A stretch of 64,000 nt of DNA from Candidatus Norongarragalinales archaeon (GCA_038884755.1 JAWABJ010000001.1:650188-714187), one strand, 5' to 3'; positions 1-9,763 are shown, counted from the stretch's first letter. The notes: generated by a model from the letters alone, not told the origin. Program-made: numbers and translations.

Positions 1-962
1 CCGGTAATGGAATATTGCGTTATCGCATTTTGGCCCAGCGGTTCCACCTGCAACGTGGGCGCGGAGCGGAGGCCTATCGCCTTCCAAGAAAATACGCTGG
101 AGCCGAACTGGGCTTCGAAAGACTGCGGAACGAAGTCCGCGTCTGGCTTTACCACTATTTTCTTTTCTGACTCAGGGTTTTCAGAAAACCCGCTTTCCTC
201 CAAAACGCGTTTTACTCGCGGGTTCCCTTCCAAAAGCCCTTTCCCTACGACCACGCGCGTCTTGCCCTGCAGCGAAGAGTTGGAAACGTCTTCAGCGAAA
301 ACAAGCGTTATGTCGTCGCCTTGCTTGCGCAAAACGTCTTCAAGCGAATCTTGCGGAATTCCCGCGATCGCGCTCTTGTTCAGCAAAAGAACCGCGTTTT
401 CAGGCCGGTCGAGAAACATCAAAACCGGAAAACCCCTTTTACCCTTGGCAGCCTGCGCGAAAAACAACTCCCCCTCTCCGGTAATCGCGAAAGTCAAGCC
501 CCACTGCGCGCCTCCTGCAGTGTTGGTTATTGTCTCGCCCCCGCTTCCGCCAATCGCGTTCGCTATCACGTGCTCGCCGCTTAAAGCCTGCCTTCCGTCG
601 ATAATCGCCTCGAACTTCCCTTGCTCGCGCAAAATCCGTTCTATGTTTTCGATTACTTTCGAGTCTGCGCGCGGTATTTCCACGATTATTTCCTTATCGC
701 CTAACGGCCTTACTATCGCCTGGCTTAACCCAAACGCATTGATGCGCGTTTTGATAGTGTCCACCATCGACTGCATGGTTTCAGAGTCCACGCTCCGCTC
801 TAGGGAAATGGGCACGCGCACGCCGCCGACGAATTCTATGCCCATGTGCGCGTCGAACGTCGCGGGGTTAAAGTCTTTCAAAAACAGCAGGCCTAACGCT
901 ATTACGAACGCAAGCAAGACCACTTGAACCCTGCGCCTTTGCAAAAGCTCTTTCCAACCCAT
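1..962 (-). CDS. secD: Protein translocase subunit SecD (5' part, runs off window)
   Basis: Manual translation from ATG at 962: MGWKELLQRRRVQVVLLAFVIALGLLF...MGIEFVGGVRVP...TIKTRINAFGL...; lies directly downstream of secF. Not in the ORF track because its stop is outside the window. Confidence 0.85.
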   Translation of the reverse strand, partial: MGWKELLQRRRVQVVLLAFVIALGLLFLKDFNPATFDAHMGIEFVGGVRVPISLERSVDSETMQSMVDTIKTRINAFGLSQAIVRPLGDKEIIVEIPRADSKVIENIERILREQGKFEAIIDGRQALSGEHVIANAIGGSGGETITNTAGGAQWGLTFAITGEGELFFAQAAKGKRGFPVLMFLDRPENAVLLLNKSAIAGIPQDSLEDVLRKQGDDITLVFAEDVSNSSLQGKTRVVVGKGLLEGNPRVKRVLEESGFSENPESEKKIVVKPDADFVPQSFEAQFGSSVFSWKAIGLRSAPTLQVEPLGQNAITQYSIT

Positions 963-964
963 TT

Positions 965-2062
965 TTACACGCTCTTTTCCTTGCGCTCGACGCTCCACAA
1001 TATCAAAGGCGCGTTGCCCATCCAAGTCGCGATGGAGTCGACCAGCGCACCTATCACGGCGACTGCGCCGACCTGGTAGTAGAACGGAATTTGCAGCAAC
1101 AGCGACAAAGCAAGCAGGGTCCCGAACGCGATGAGCACGGACGCGTTCATAGTCAAGCCGGTTTTCATCGCGTCAAAAGCCCTTTGCGCAGCCGTCCCTT
1201 CCTTGCGTTTTACCACGCGCGCGGTAAGCATCACATCCGTGTCAAGCGAAAATCCGATTAGCATGAGCAAGGCAGCGACGCTCGCGAGAGTCAAAGGAAT
1301 TCCCACTAAACCCATTACCCCGGCGGTTATGACTATGTCTGCAACCGCCCCGAAAATCACCGCGAAACTGGACGCCCACGCGCGGAATATTAGGAAGATT
1401 ATGACTGCCGAGAGAATGAAAGAATACAAAACGACTTCGCGGGTTTTAGTGACGAAAAACTTGCTTAGCGAAGAGCCGACTTCCTTGAACGAAGCGTTTT
1501 CGACGGAAACCACGCTTGCCAGGGCTTGCGAAACTTCGTGCCTGTAAGAGCTTCGCGCGTTCAAAAACGCCTGTTGCGCCTGCTCTACCGCTTTTCGCGC
1601 ATCAGGCTCGCCCAACTGCCTTTCGGAAAACAGCGAGTTCAACTCCCGGGCTTTTGCTAAAACCTGCCGCCCTTTTTCCGCAGCAAGAGGTGAATTCGCT
1701 ATTTCCAATTGCACGAGCTCGTTGTTCAAGGAATTCATTTCCGACAAGAGCGTTTCGCCTTTCGCTAGGTTCTCGTCGGAAGGAATTTCTATTTCCACCC
1801 CGCTTCCGGCGGGCGAGGAGAAACTGCGTATGCTTGCAGAGCCGAATTGCGCCAAAGCACCCTGAATTTCAACTATTTTTTTTGGCGAAACCTCGCCGTC
1901 AGTAAAAACGGTTATGAGCAACCCTCCTCTCAAGTCAATGCCTTGCGGTATTTGCGGAATGTAGAACAAAGCCGCAACGATTAGCACTAAGGGGAACACG
2001 AAATACAATTTGTAGTGCTTGTTTTCGTAAGGGTTGGAAATATGCATTTTGAGTAAGCCCAC
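965..2062 (-). CDS. secF: Protein translocase subunit SecF
   Basis: GIDLRGG and LLMLIGFSLDTD motifs, several TM segments, adjacent to secD. Confidence 0.9.
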   Translation of the reverse strand: MGLLKMHISNPYENKHYKLYFVFPLVLIVAALFYIPQIPQGIDLRGGLLITVFTDGEVSPKKIVEIQGALAQFGSASIRSFSSPAGSGVEIEIPSDENLAKGETLLSEMNSLNNELVQLEIANSPLAAEKGRQVLAKARELNSLFSERQLGEPDARKAVEQAQQAFLNARSSYRHEVSQALASVVSVENASFKEVGSSLSKFFVTKTREVVLYSFILSAVIIFLIFRAWASSFAVIFGAVADIVITAGVMGLVGIPLTLASVAALLMLIGFSLDTDVMLTARVVKRKEGTAAQRAFDAMKTGLTMNASVLIAFGTLLALSLLLQIPFYYQVGAVAVIGALVDSIATWMGNAPLILWSVERKEKSV

Positions 2063-2182
2063 CGTTTAGCGCCCTATCAGTGATGATTAAAAGCCGCTTA
2101 GAAAAACTAGGCGCGAGAGGCTTAAAAACTCTTTTGAAAAGCAAAGGGTTTTTCTTGATTGGCATGGAAGATTATTGTTCAA

Positions 2183-2352
2183 GCAGGGGTAGCGAAGCCT
2201 GGTCAAGAACCTTTTTGCTCTCGCAAAAAGCTTCACCAAAAACGCGACAGGTTCAGGGCCTGTTCTCTCAGGAGTTCGAGGGTTCAAATTGAGCAAAGCG
2301 CTGGCTTTGCAACGTTTCACTCGCTTTGCTCGTGAAACTCCCTCCCCCTGCA
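2183..2352 (+). tRNA. tRNA-Leu(CAG) with two BHB introns (2206-2240 in D-loop; 2289-2338 in T-loop)
   Basis: Removing the introns gives GCAGGGGTAGCGAAGCCTGGTCAAACGCGACAGGTTCAGGGCCTGTTCTCTCAGGAGTTCGAGGGTTCAAATCCCTCCCCCTGCA. Central helices TGGT/ACCA and TTCA/TGAA have 3-nt bulges. Matches the intronless tRNA-Leu at 39469. Confidence 0.92.
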
Positions 2353-2416
2353 CTTAGACCTGCGGAAAGCATGGAGTATAAAATCAGCCCCGCTACTATA
2401 TCCTATAGAAGAGGTA

Positions 2417-2863
2417 ATGGGCTATATGGCAAGCAACACCAAAAAGAGCATGCAGAAGTCCAAGGGATTCTCGGACTTTGAGCGTGAAGCGATGAAAGAG
2501 CGCGCCCAAGAGCTGATGGCGGGCAAGGCCGACGGGGAAAGCGCCATGCTCACGAAGATCGCCGAGATGCCGGAACCGGATCGCACGATGGCCAAGCGGC
2601 TCCATGCTATCGTCAAAGCCAGCGCGCCAGCCCTCTCACCCAAAACCTGGTATGGAATGCCCGCTTACGCCAACAAAGACGGCAAGGTCGTCTGCTTCTT
2701 CCAAAGCGCAAAGAAGTTCAAAACGAGGTATGCTGCACTGGGTTTTAGCGACGCGGCAAATCTTGACGAAGGCGCCATGTGGCCGACCACCTTCGCGCTG
2801 AAGAAATTGACTGCCGCAGAAGAGGCAAAAATCGCCGCGCTCGTGAAGAAAGCAGTAAGCTGA
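2417..2863 (+). CDS. DUF1801 (YdhG-like) domain protein
   Basis: [15 protein letters not shown]...KVVCFFQ...[14 protein letters not shown] typical of DUF1801. Confidence 0.75.
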   Translation: MGYMASNTKKSMQKSKGFSDFEREAMKERAQELMAGKADGESAMLTKIAEMPEPDRTMAKRLHAIVKASAPALSPKTWYGMPAYANKDGKVVCFFQSAKKFKTRYAALGFSDAANLDEGAMWPTTFALKKLTAAEEAKIAALVKKAVS

Positions 2864-2934
2864 CAAAGTTTACCACGGGGCTCCGTGCAGATGGCTGCAG
2901 CGTTGCCCGGCTGGATCCCTTAAGCGTTCAGAGC

Positions 2935-3387
2935 TCAAATCCAACCAGCCTTTTTGTAGGCTCTAATCCCTTCCTTGAGCAAAACTCCCAAGTCCTCCAG
3001 CACCTGCGCGTCAAGCGAAGAAACGTTGAAGCAAGACTTTCCCTTCAAAAACTTTCTCGTCAACGGACTTTTCGTCTTGCTCAACAGCGCAGGGTGAGAG
3101 TATACAGGCATGGAGTAAAAGCCCACGAAAGTCTTTTGCAGTATTATTCCTGCAACGTAGGTCTTCTTCGGCTTTCTCACGGGTATAGAAACTTCCTTCC
3201 TACCGTAAAGGTGCAAACCGGGCGTTCCTCCCTTAGCTCGCGAACCTACAATCGTAGGACGAAGCTCCAAACCATTGGAGTTGTCTTTCAAAAGTTTTGC
3301 TAGAGACTTGAAAACAACATTCAAGTTTTCCAAGTTCTTCCAACCTGTTTGGAGAAAACAAAAAAAGCTAGAGGCTCTTCTTCTCAA
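2935..3387 (-). CDS. DUF1801-like protein (true start probably downstream of 3387)
   Basis: K.FVGFY.MPVY.HP.LL...KGKSCFN pattern. Confidence 0.55.
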   Translation of the reverse strand: MRRRASSFFCFLQTGWKNLENLNVVFKSLAKLLKDNSNGLELRPTIVGSRAKGGTPGLHLYGRKEVSIPVRKPKKTYVAGIILQKTFVGFYSMPVYSHPALLSKTKSPLTRKFLKGKSCFNVSSLDAQVLEDLGVLLKEGIRAYKKAGWI

Positions 3388-3799
3388 CTTTAGACTCGAA
3401 TTGCTCGTCGTTCAATTGCCCGTTCACCCAAGCTTCGACGTCAGCGTTCGCCACAGTCCACATTGTCGTAGCGTTCCCACCGGAATATTGCACTGCGATT
3501 ATTTTCTGCGAGCCTTGAGAGCTTGCAGAAGCAGCGCCTATCACGAACTTTTGCATGACGCCGGAATCAAAGCCTTCAGGCAATTCATACGCAACATACG
3601 CTTGCGCTTCGCTCACGTCGACAAAAGGCTCCTGAATACCGCCCCCCAACAACGTCGCATATAATTCAGTATTCCGAAGAGCCTGCTCTTCTTCAGGGTC
3701 GCTGTATTCGGCAACACCCTGCTGTGCGAAGAGGAGAAAATAAGCGGCGCCCGCGAGAGCGAGAACGACGACGATTGCGATTATTGCAAGCTTATTCAT
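3368..3799 (-). CDS. Membrane-anchored hypothetical protein
   Basis: N-terminal hydrophobic anchor, acidic body, coupled to upstream gene. Confidence 0.6.
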   Translation of the reverse strand: MNKLAIIAIVVVLALAGAAYFLLFAQQGVAEYSDPEEEQALRNTELYATLLGGGIQEPFVDVSEAQAYVAYELPEGFDSGVMQKFVIGAASASSQGSQKIIAVQYSGGNATTMWTVANADVEAWVNGQLNDEQFESKVEKKSL

Positions 3800-3802
3800 T
3801 TT

Positions 3803-4597
3803 TTATCTCCTGTTTCCCCATCGGTTTCTTGAATCCAGAGGGCCCAAGTCTATGGTGCGCGTGTTCATCAAATGCCGGGCGGTGTTCGAATGAGCGCCTA
3901 TCCCCATCATGTAAGCGAATTGCGCGGGCCCGTGAAGGTTGGGATTGAGCAGCGCAATGTCGGCAGGCCCTATCAAGCCCGGATTCAAACGCAGAATGTC
4001 GTTCGGGCCGATCAAGCCGGGGTTTATCTTGAAAATGTTCCACGGGCCTACGGCGTTAGGGCTTCTGCTGACAGTGTCGTAAATCAAGCCCGGGCTGCGA
4101 GCGAGATAACCGGGCGGTCGCGCGAAGTAAATGCCGAAATTACGGGCATCGTTCGAGTAAAACTCGTGGCGCGGAGAAGTATACCAAGTTCGTGCGGGAC
4201 ACGAAGCTTGCGCGCGGATTGCAGCTTGGATTGCAGCGTGTTTTGAAGCGTCAATCGCGTATATCGTAATCGCATTCTTGGACAAAAGGCATTTCAAATG
4301 TGAAGCCTTGTCTTCAGCGTTCGATAGCGAGCGCATTGCGTTATCCGTAGTCGTGATAGTGAAATCCGGTTCCCCCCCGCTGGCGCGCGAAAACTCGGCG
4401 CCATTCCAAGAGTAGAAGTCGTTTTGGCTTCCCACGCGGATTTGAACCAACGCCTTCGAGCCGAGCAACTGCCTCATTTCGGGAGTGCCGGCCGCTTGGT
4501 TGACGAGAGTCTGCAGTTCTTCCGCGCTCGCGGCGTAAGTAGAGGCGAATAATAATAGTAACGCTATTGCTCCCCACGCCTTCATAGTAAAAACCAA
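3803..4597 (-). CDS. Secreted hypothetical protein with C-terminal NPGLIGP repeats
   Basis: Signal-peptide-like N-terminus; three 13-aa-spaced NPxLxGP units. Confidence 0.6.
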   Translation of the reverse strand: MVFTMKAWGAIALLLLFASTYAASAEELQTLVNQAAGTPEMRQLLGSKALVQIRVGSQNDFYSWNGAEFSRASGGEPDFTITTTDNAMRSLSNAEDKASHLKCLLSKNAITIYAIDASKHAAIQAAIRAQASCPARTWYTSPRHEFYSNDARNFGIYFARPPGYLARSPGLIYDTVSRSPNAVGPWNIFKINPGLIGPNDILRLNPGLIGPADIALLNPNLHGPAQFAYMMGIGAHSNTARHLMNTRTIDLGPLDSRNRWGNRR

Positions 4598-4659
4598 CTC
4601 AAAGGTTGTTTAAAAAACGTTGCTTACGCTTTTTTCTCCCTGCAATCGTGTCAAGGAAG

Positions 4660-5958
4660 TCAAGGCGTCAGCCTGTTCCTGTCGCGCGGGAACAAAGCGC
4701 ACTCGCGAATATTACTGCGATTAGCAAGCTTCATGCAAAAACGCTCGGCGCCGATGCTCCAGCCTGCGTGCGGAACCGCGCCGTATCGAAACGCGTTGAC
4801 ATACCACTCGAAATCCGCCGGCTTGAGGTTTCGGGCTTTCAACTGCGCTACAAGCGTGTCGGGATCATGTATTCTCTGCGCGCCGCTCGCTATTTCCAAT
4901 CCTTTGAAAACCAAATCGTAAGATTTGCATACTTTCGGGTTTTCTTCCAAAGGCATTGCGTAGAACGCGCGGGAAAGCGTGGGCCACCGGATTGTGAAAA
5001 ACGCGTCAGCTCCGAGAATCTTCGGAAGCTGGGAATCGGCTTCTTTAGGAATGTCTTGGCCCCAGTCCACTTTGAACCCTTTCTTGTCGAGTTTTTCCAA
5101 AACCTCGTCGTAAGTGAAGCGCGGAACTTCCTTCGGAATTTCGTACTCCGCGTCCAAAAGCTTCAATTGCGCGGCGCAGTTTTTCTTGACGCTCTTCAAA
5201 ACGTGCAAAAAGAATTCTTCCAAGTAATCGAGCGCCTTGAAATCGTCTATGAAAGCGCATTCGATATCCATCTGAGTGCTTTCGTTCAAATGCACGGTCG
5301 TATTGTGCTTTTCAGCTCTGAAAACGGGAACAGTCATGAACACTCGCGTCATTCCGCCCAACACGGCCAGTTGTTTGTAAAGCTGCGGGCTTTGAGCCAG
5401 GAAAGCTTTCTTTTCAAAATATTTAACCTCAAAAACGTCCGTCCCGCCTTCACTCGCGCTTTCCAAAAGCGTCGGGGGGTTTATTTCCTGGAAGCCCAGT
5501 TCAATAGCTTTTTCGCGGAACGCCTTTTGCAATTCCGCGCGGATTTTGAAAGTAGCCTGGGTTTCCAAACGCCTCAAGTCCACGGAACGGTTGTCCAAAC
5601 GCACGTCAATGTCTGCAGGAACTTTGCCCGTCAATTCGAACGGGACTTGTTTTACAACTTTCCCCAGGATTTCGATTTTCGAAGGCGAGATTTCGCACCC
5701 GAAGGCGGAAACGCCCGGGTTTTTCTTTACCGTGCCTTCGACGAAAACGCTTGTTTCCTTCACCAGAGTTTCGGCTGCCTTGGCGAGTTCGGGTTGTTCG
5801 ATTTTTTTTATCGTCACCTGCGCCAAGCCGCCTTTCTCGCGAAGCACCAGGAACAAGAGTTTTCCCACGTCGCGCTTTTCGTGCACCCAACCCGCAACTC
5901 GCACGCGCTTTCCGTCGAGCTCGGGGGTTATTTGGGACAAGGAGTGAGTCAATTCCAT
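4660..5958 (-). CDS. aspS: Aspartyl-tRNA synthetase (archaeal type, possibly non-discriminating)
   Basis: OB-fold GWVHEKRD, LAQSPQLYKQ, FRAE, SGAQRIH, FPRD. Confidence 0.95.
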   Translation of the reverse strand: MELTHSLSQITPELDGKRVRVAGWVHEKRDVGKLLFLVLREKGGLAQVTIKKIEQPELAKAAETLVKETSVFVEGTVKKNPGVSAFGCEISPSKIEILGKVVKQVPFELTGKVPADIDVRLDNRSVDLRRLETQATFKIRAELQKAFREKAIELGFQEINPPTLLESASEGGTDVFEVKYFEKKAFLAQSPQLYKQLAVLGGMTRVFMTVPVFRAEKHNTTVHLNESTQMDIECAFIDDFKALDYLEEFFLHVLKSVKKNCAAQLKLLDAEYEIPKEVPRFTYDEVLEKLDKKGFKVDWGQDIPKEADSQLPKILGADAFFTIRWPTLSRAFYAMPLEENPKVCKSYDLVFKGLEIASGAQRIHDPDTLVAQLKARNLKPADFEWYVNAFRYGAVPHAGWSIGAERFCMKLANRSNIRECALFPRDRNRLTP

Positions 5959-6012
5959 GCGAAATCCACCAAATTACTTATAAGCGAGGTTGTTTTTTAA
6001 ATTGAGAACGTA

Positions 6013-6144
6013 TGGGGGATCTGAGATTCGAAGTCCGGAGCTTTTCTTTCTTTTCCAAGGTTTTCTTTCTTTCGCAAAGAAAGAAAAGCTTCTCAGGTCG
6101 CCAGCTCCCAAAGCTGGCAGGATACCAGGCTACCCCAATCCCCC
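6013..6144 (-). tRNA. tRNA-Pro(TGG) with 59-nt intron (6033-6091) at the T-stem/T-loop boundary
   Basis: Mature GGGGGATTGGGGTAGCCTGGTATCCTGCCAGCTTTGGGAGCTGGCGACCTGAG|TTCGAATCTCAGATCCCCCA; relaxed BHB. Confidence 0.9.
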
Positions 6145-6261
6145 GTGATTACAAAATTGCGGGCTGGAGGGAAATAAAACAAGCGGTTTCGCATACGTAT
6201 TTATTCGCAAAACCTTTTTTCCTTTAAAACGGTTTTTTGGAAAGAGGGGAAAAGACGCGGG

Positions 6262-6594
6262 ATGATAGGCGAATCGAGGCAGCCCAGGATAGTTTCCATA
6301 GGCAGGCAGCAGAAAAGCTTGATGGACTACCGCGAAGCTGGTGAGTACGTGCCCTACCGCAGGCAGACGCCGGCGTTTTACGCCGAGGCGAAACAGCTTT
6401 TCACCGACAACGAAATAATACTGCTCGCAATTTGGCTCGTTGTCTCTCCTTCCGCGGCGTTGGCGTACTTGATTTGGATAAAATACGAGCACTTGAGGCT
6501 TTTGGCACTGCTGCTGTTTGCGGTCGGAATAATCCACGCAGCCTACCAGTGGCAAGGCTTTTACGGGTTCGTTAGGAACCTCGCCGGTTTTTGA
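6262..6594 (+). CDS. Small membrane hypothetical protein
   Basis: ORF with hydrophobic segments between two tRNA genes. Confidence 0.5.
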   Translation: MIGESRQPRIVSIGRQQKSLMDYREAGEYVPYRRQTPAFYAEAKQLFTDNEIILLAIWLVVSPSAALAYLIWIKYEHLRLLALLLFAVGIIHAAYQWQGFYGFVRNLAGF

Positions 6595-6641
6595 AACGCG
6601 AGCGTGGGGTTTAAAGAATTCGCGACACAATTCTTTACGGT

Positions 6642-6972
6642 GGGCCTATAGCTCAGCCTGGACAGAGCAACTGCCTTCTAAGTCAGGCTTTTCTTTTCAC
6701 AAAAGAAAAGCCCGACGCGGTAAAAGAAAACTCGGTTTTTCTTTGGCGCGGCGCCAACCGCACCTTTCTTTTCGTGAAAAAGAAAGGGGCAAGGCAGCAG
6801 GAGGTCGGGGGTCCGAAAGGAGGAGAAACCAAGGTTTCTCCTCTCTACGCCTCTTCCTTTCGAGGAAAGAGAAAGGCGCGTTGCGCAAGAAAAAATAGTT
6901 TTTCTTTGGCGGCGCCCTCGCCTTTCTTTTTTCTAAAAAGAAAGGCAAGGCACGGAAATCCCCCTAGGCCCG
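6642..6972 (+). tRNA. tRNA-Arg(TCT) with two long introns (6681-6795 at 37/38; 6818-6958 at 59/60)
   Basis: Mature GGGCCTATAGCTCAGCCTGGACAGAGCAACTGCCTTCTA|AGCAGGAGGTCGGGGGTCCGAA|TCCCCCTAGGCCCG; second intron has helix TCCG/CGGA with 3-nt bulges. Confidence 0.88.
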
Positions 6973-7027
6973 CTTTTTTGCTGAAGAAAACGCAAGAGTT
7001 TTTATCGTTAGGCTGGTTAAGTATGCG

Positions 7028-7774
7028 ATGATAAAACTCAACGTTTTCCCCTTGGATTTGGAGTACGACGATTCCGAAAAAAAACTTTACTTCGAGGGAG
7101 TCGAACTTTCGCCGAACGTGCGCACTCTCGGCGAAATGTCGAGCGTGGTTTTAGACAAGGTTTTTTTCGAGAAAGCCGACAAGAAACGCATTCAGTACTA
7201 CATGTTCAGGGAGATTGCGAAGAAAGGCGACGTCGAGCTTTTCAAAACCCCGCCTTTGGAATTGTCTTACGACATTACGGTGATTCCCACGCTCGATTTG
7301 GGGAGGGAGTTCAACAAAACCCTGGGGCATTACCACCCGAAAAGCCCGTTTGGAGCGCGTTATGCCGAGATTTACGAAGTGCTCGAGGGTGAAGGGCATT
7401 ACTTGCTGCAACGCCTTGATGAAAAAACGGGAAACGTTGACGACGTCATGCTTGTGATAGCGAAGAAAGGCGACAAAGTGGTAGTGCCGAACGGCTATGG
7501 GCACATTTCCATAAACCCCAGTTCGAAAACACTGGTTTCCGCAAACATCACGGGCGTTTTCAAGAGCGAGTACGACCCTTACAGGCTCAAGGGCGGAGGG
7601 GCTTATTACGAATTGATAGACGATTCGCTTTCTCCCAACGAAAACTACGCGAACCTTCCGCTCATTAAAACGGTCGACGCCATGGACTTGCCTTTGAACC
7701 AGCAGTTCGACGGCGACAACATTTACGCGCAGTTCGTCGAAAACCCGACGAAGTTCGACTTCCTGAAAAAGTGA
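7028..7774 (+). CDS. Cupin-type glucose-6-phosphate isomerase
   Basis: KTLGHYH, YAEIYEVLEGEG, VPNGYGHISIN cupin-PGI motifs. Confidence 0.85.
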   Translation: MIKLNVFPLDLEYDDSEKKLYFEGVELSPNVRTLGEMSSVVLDKVFFEKADKKRIQYYMFREIAKKGDVELFKTPPLELSYDITVIPTLDLGREFNKTLGHYHPKSPFGARYAEIYEVLEGEGHYLLQRLDEKTGNVDDVMLVIAKKGDKVVVPNGYGHISINPSSKTLVSANITGVFKSEYDPYRLKGGGAYYELIDDSLSPNENYANLPLIKTVDAMDLPLNQQFDGDNIYAQFVENPTKFDFLKK

Positions 7775-7787
7775 TTGCCCGGCACAA

Positions 7788-9749
7788 TCATCTTCGCGCG
7801 AGGATGAGGAAAACAAGCAGCAAACCCAAAATCGAAAGGCCCATTGCCGCGTAATCGTACCACGGTTTTTCAAAACGCAGCACGACTTTCTCTCCCCGCT
7901 CGACCCCTTCCACCGCGACAAGCCCTCCTGCGGCTTCAAGCACGCGCAATTCTTTTCCGTTAGAGTAAGCTTTCCAAAGCGGGTAGTGCATTACCGAAAC
8001 GAAAGCGAAGCCGCTTTCGGGCGCGGTGAAAACGAGTTCCCTCGCGCGTTCGTCAAACTCTGTTTCGAAAGCGACTCCTTCCTCAGAAGACGCCAAGCGC
8101 AACGCCTCGCTCGCGTTTTTTTCGTCGACAGAGTAATCCGAGCTTGCAGGTTTGGTTTTAGGAAGGGTGAAAACCTTGGAAAGCGGCTCGAACGAATGGC
8201 TGGAAACAAGCTCCCTCTCGAAAAACTCTTCCGCATCGTCCAAGTCAAGCAAAACGCCTTGGGAAACGAAGCCGCCGACGCCAGGCGCTTCGTAAGTGAT
8301 GACGTTGTTGCGCTGCTGCACGAGCACGAAGCGCACGTCTAGCAAGACCAGCTTGTTTTCGAACGAAACGGTGCCGTTGGAAAAGCCCAACCCGCTCACG
8401 AACGCTGAATACTCGGGATTGAGCCGCTCTGGGGGGTCGTAAAGCGTGGTGGAATTGCCGGAAAGCGAGACGAGCAGAACGTCGTCCTGCAAGTTCTGTC
8501 CTACAGTCAAAAACCGCCCTCCCCCGCCCCTGTAATCCAAAACCGAGTAGTAGTAGGAAATTACTGGAGCTACGGGAAAAGAGTATGACGGCGCGGGAAT
8601 CGCCAGGGGGTTCAAATCCAATGCTATTGCCATCGTTACGAGCGCAATTGCAAACCAGCGGGGCAAATCGACGTTCGAAAACCGCGCTTCTATCGCGCGC
8701 GACGCGAAGCCGGCTGCCAGTGCGGCGAAAAAACTCAGGAAAAAAGCGGGTCTGGACAGCGTTTGGTTCAACGGCGACAGCGCTTGCGGGAAAAGCGTGT
8801 CGAGCAAAAAGAAAGCCAACAACGCTAAAATGGCGTGAGAGTGGGGCGTTTTTTCCTTAAGCGCGCGGTAAAAGAAAACTGCGCAAAGCGCGGCCACGCT
8901 GAAGCCCAAGTAAAGCGAGTGCACGGTTTCCAGAGAAAACTCGCGCTGGAACAAGCTAACCGCAATATCCACGGGATTCACATTGCCCGCGCCGGAAGGC
9001 AGGTAGCGCGCCAAGTGCGTTTCCCGGAATTCGAACAAAAACGGCAGGAGAAAGAAGGACGAGGCGAGGATTGCGATTGCAATAGCCAAAGCCAATCGCT
9101 TTAAACCTTCGGCCGCCGCAAAACCGGAGCGCGTCAAGAAAACCCACGCGAAAGAAATGAAAATGAAATACGCGGCCGAAAGCGGGTGGGTGGAAAGGGC
9201 AACGGCAAAGAGGATTGAAAGCGCGGCCAACGCCTTTCTTTCAAATTTTTGCGAAAGGCTTTCGGCGCATAACAGAATCCAAGGAAGGAGGGCGTAAGCG
9301 AAAACGCGCGTCAACGAGCCCCACAATCTAGCTTCCACTGCCAACGGAAAGCTAAGCAACGCCGCCAAGGCCGCAACGAACGCAAAACGACCTTGCAAAC
9401 CAAGCTTTTTCGCGAGGAAAAAAACTCCCGAGGCGAGGAGGAAGTATGAAACGAAAACTAGGAACGAAAGAGAATTCCAGACTCCCATCACAACCGCGAA
9501 CGCACCGCTCAGGAAGTAAAAAAAAGGCGGGTAGGTGCGCGAGAAAACGCTGTTGGTGAAAAAATCGAAGGAAAAATCGAAATTCCCGCTTTCAAACTGG
9601 TGTTGGGCAAACCAAGTGCCGTAAGCGTGAAAGCCTATGTCGGTCCCCAAATTCGCTGGAATGCTTTGCTCGCCCTTCCAAGCGCTCGTGGCAAAAAGGC
9701 ACGCTATCGAAAGCAAGAGTAGAAAAAACGCGCTTTCGTTCCATTCCAC
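7788..9749 (-). CDS. Multi-pass membrane glycosyltransferase-like protein (GT-C / YfhO-like)
   Basis: D..FH, YPP, ALSTHP motifs, many TMs, C-terminal YPLWKAY.NG..L domain. Confidence 0.65.
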   Translation of the reverse strand: MEWNESAFFLLLLSIACLFATSAWKGEQSIPANLGTDIGFHAYGTWFAQHQFESGNFDFSFDFFTNSVFSRTYPPFFYFLSGAFAVVMGVWNSLSFLVFVSYFLLASGVFFLAKKLGLQGRFAFVAALAALLSFPLAVEARLWGSLTRVFAYALLPWILLCAESLSQKFERKALAALSILFAVALSTHPLSAAYFIFISFAWVFLTRSGFAAAEGLKRLALAIAIAILASSFFLLPFLFEFRETHLARYLPSGAGNVNPVDIAVSLFQREFSLETVHSLYLGFSVAALCAVFFYRALKEKTPHSHAILALLAFFLLDTLFPQALSPLNQTLSRPAFFLSFFAALAAGFASRAIEARFSNVDLPRWFAIALVTMAIALDLNPLAIPAPSYSFPVAPVISYYYSVLDYRGGGGRFLTVGQNLQDDVLLVSLSGNSTTLYDPPERLNPEYSAFVSGLGFSNGTVSFENKLVLLDVRFVLVQQRNNVITYEAPGVGGFVSQGVLLDLDDAEEFFERELVSSHSFEPLSKVFTLPKTKPASSDYSVDEKNASEALRLASSEEGVAFETEFDERARELVFTAPESGFAFVSVMHYPLWKAYSNGKELRVLEAAGGLVAVEGVERGEKVVLRFEKPWYDYAAMGLSILGLLLVFLILARR

Positions 9750-9763
9750 CGCAAAAGCCCTTT

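Noticed and set aside
7..927. 306-aa plus-strand ORF
   Set aside because: Antisense shadow of secD
4606..6000. 464-aa plus-strand ORF (and similar long antisense ORFs over ths, metG, alaS, carB, tadA, pmm, nrdA)
   Set aside because: Shadows of well-supported genes on the opposite strand, with no motifs of their own
6697..7031. Lys/Arg/Phe-rich ORFs
   Set aside because: Translations of the tRNA-Arg introns
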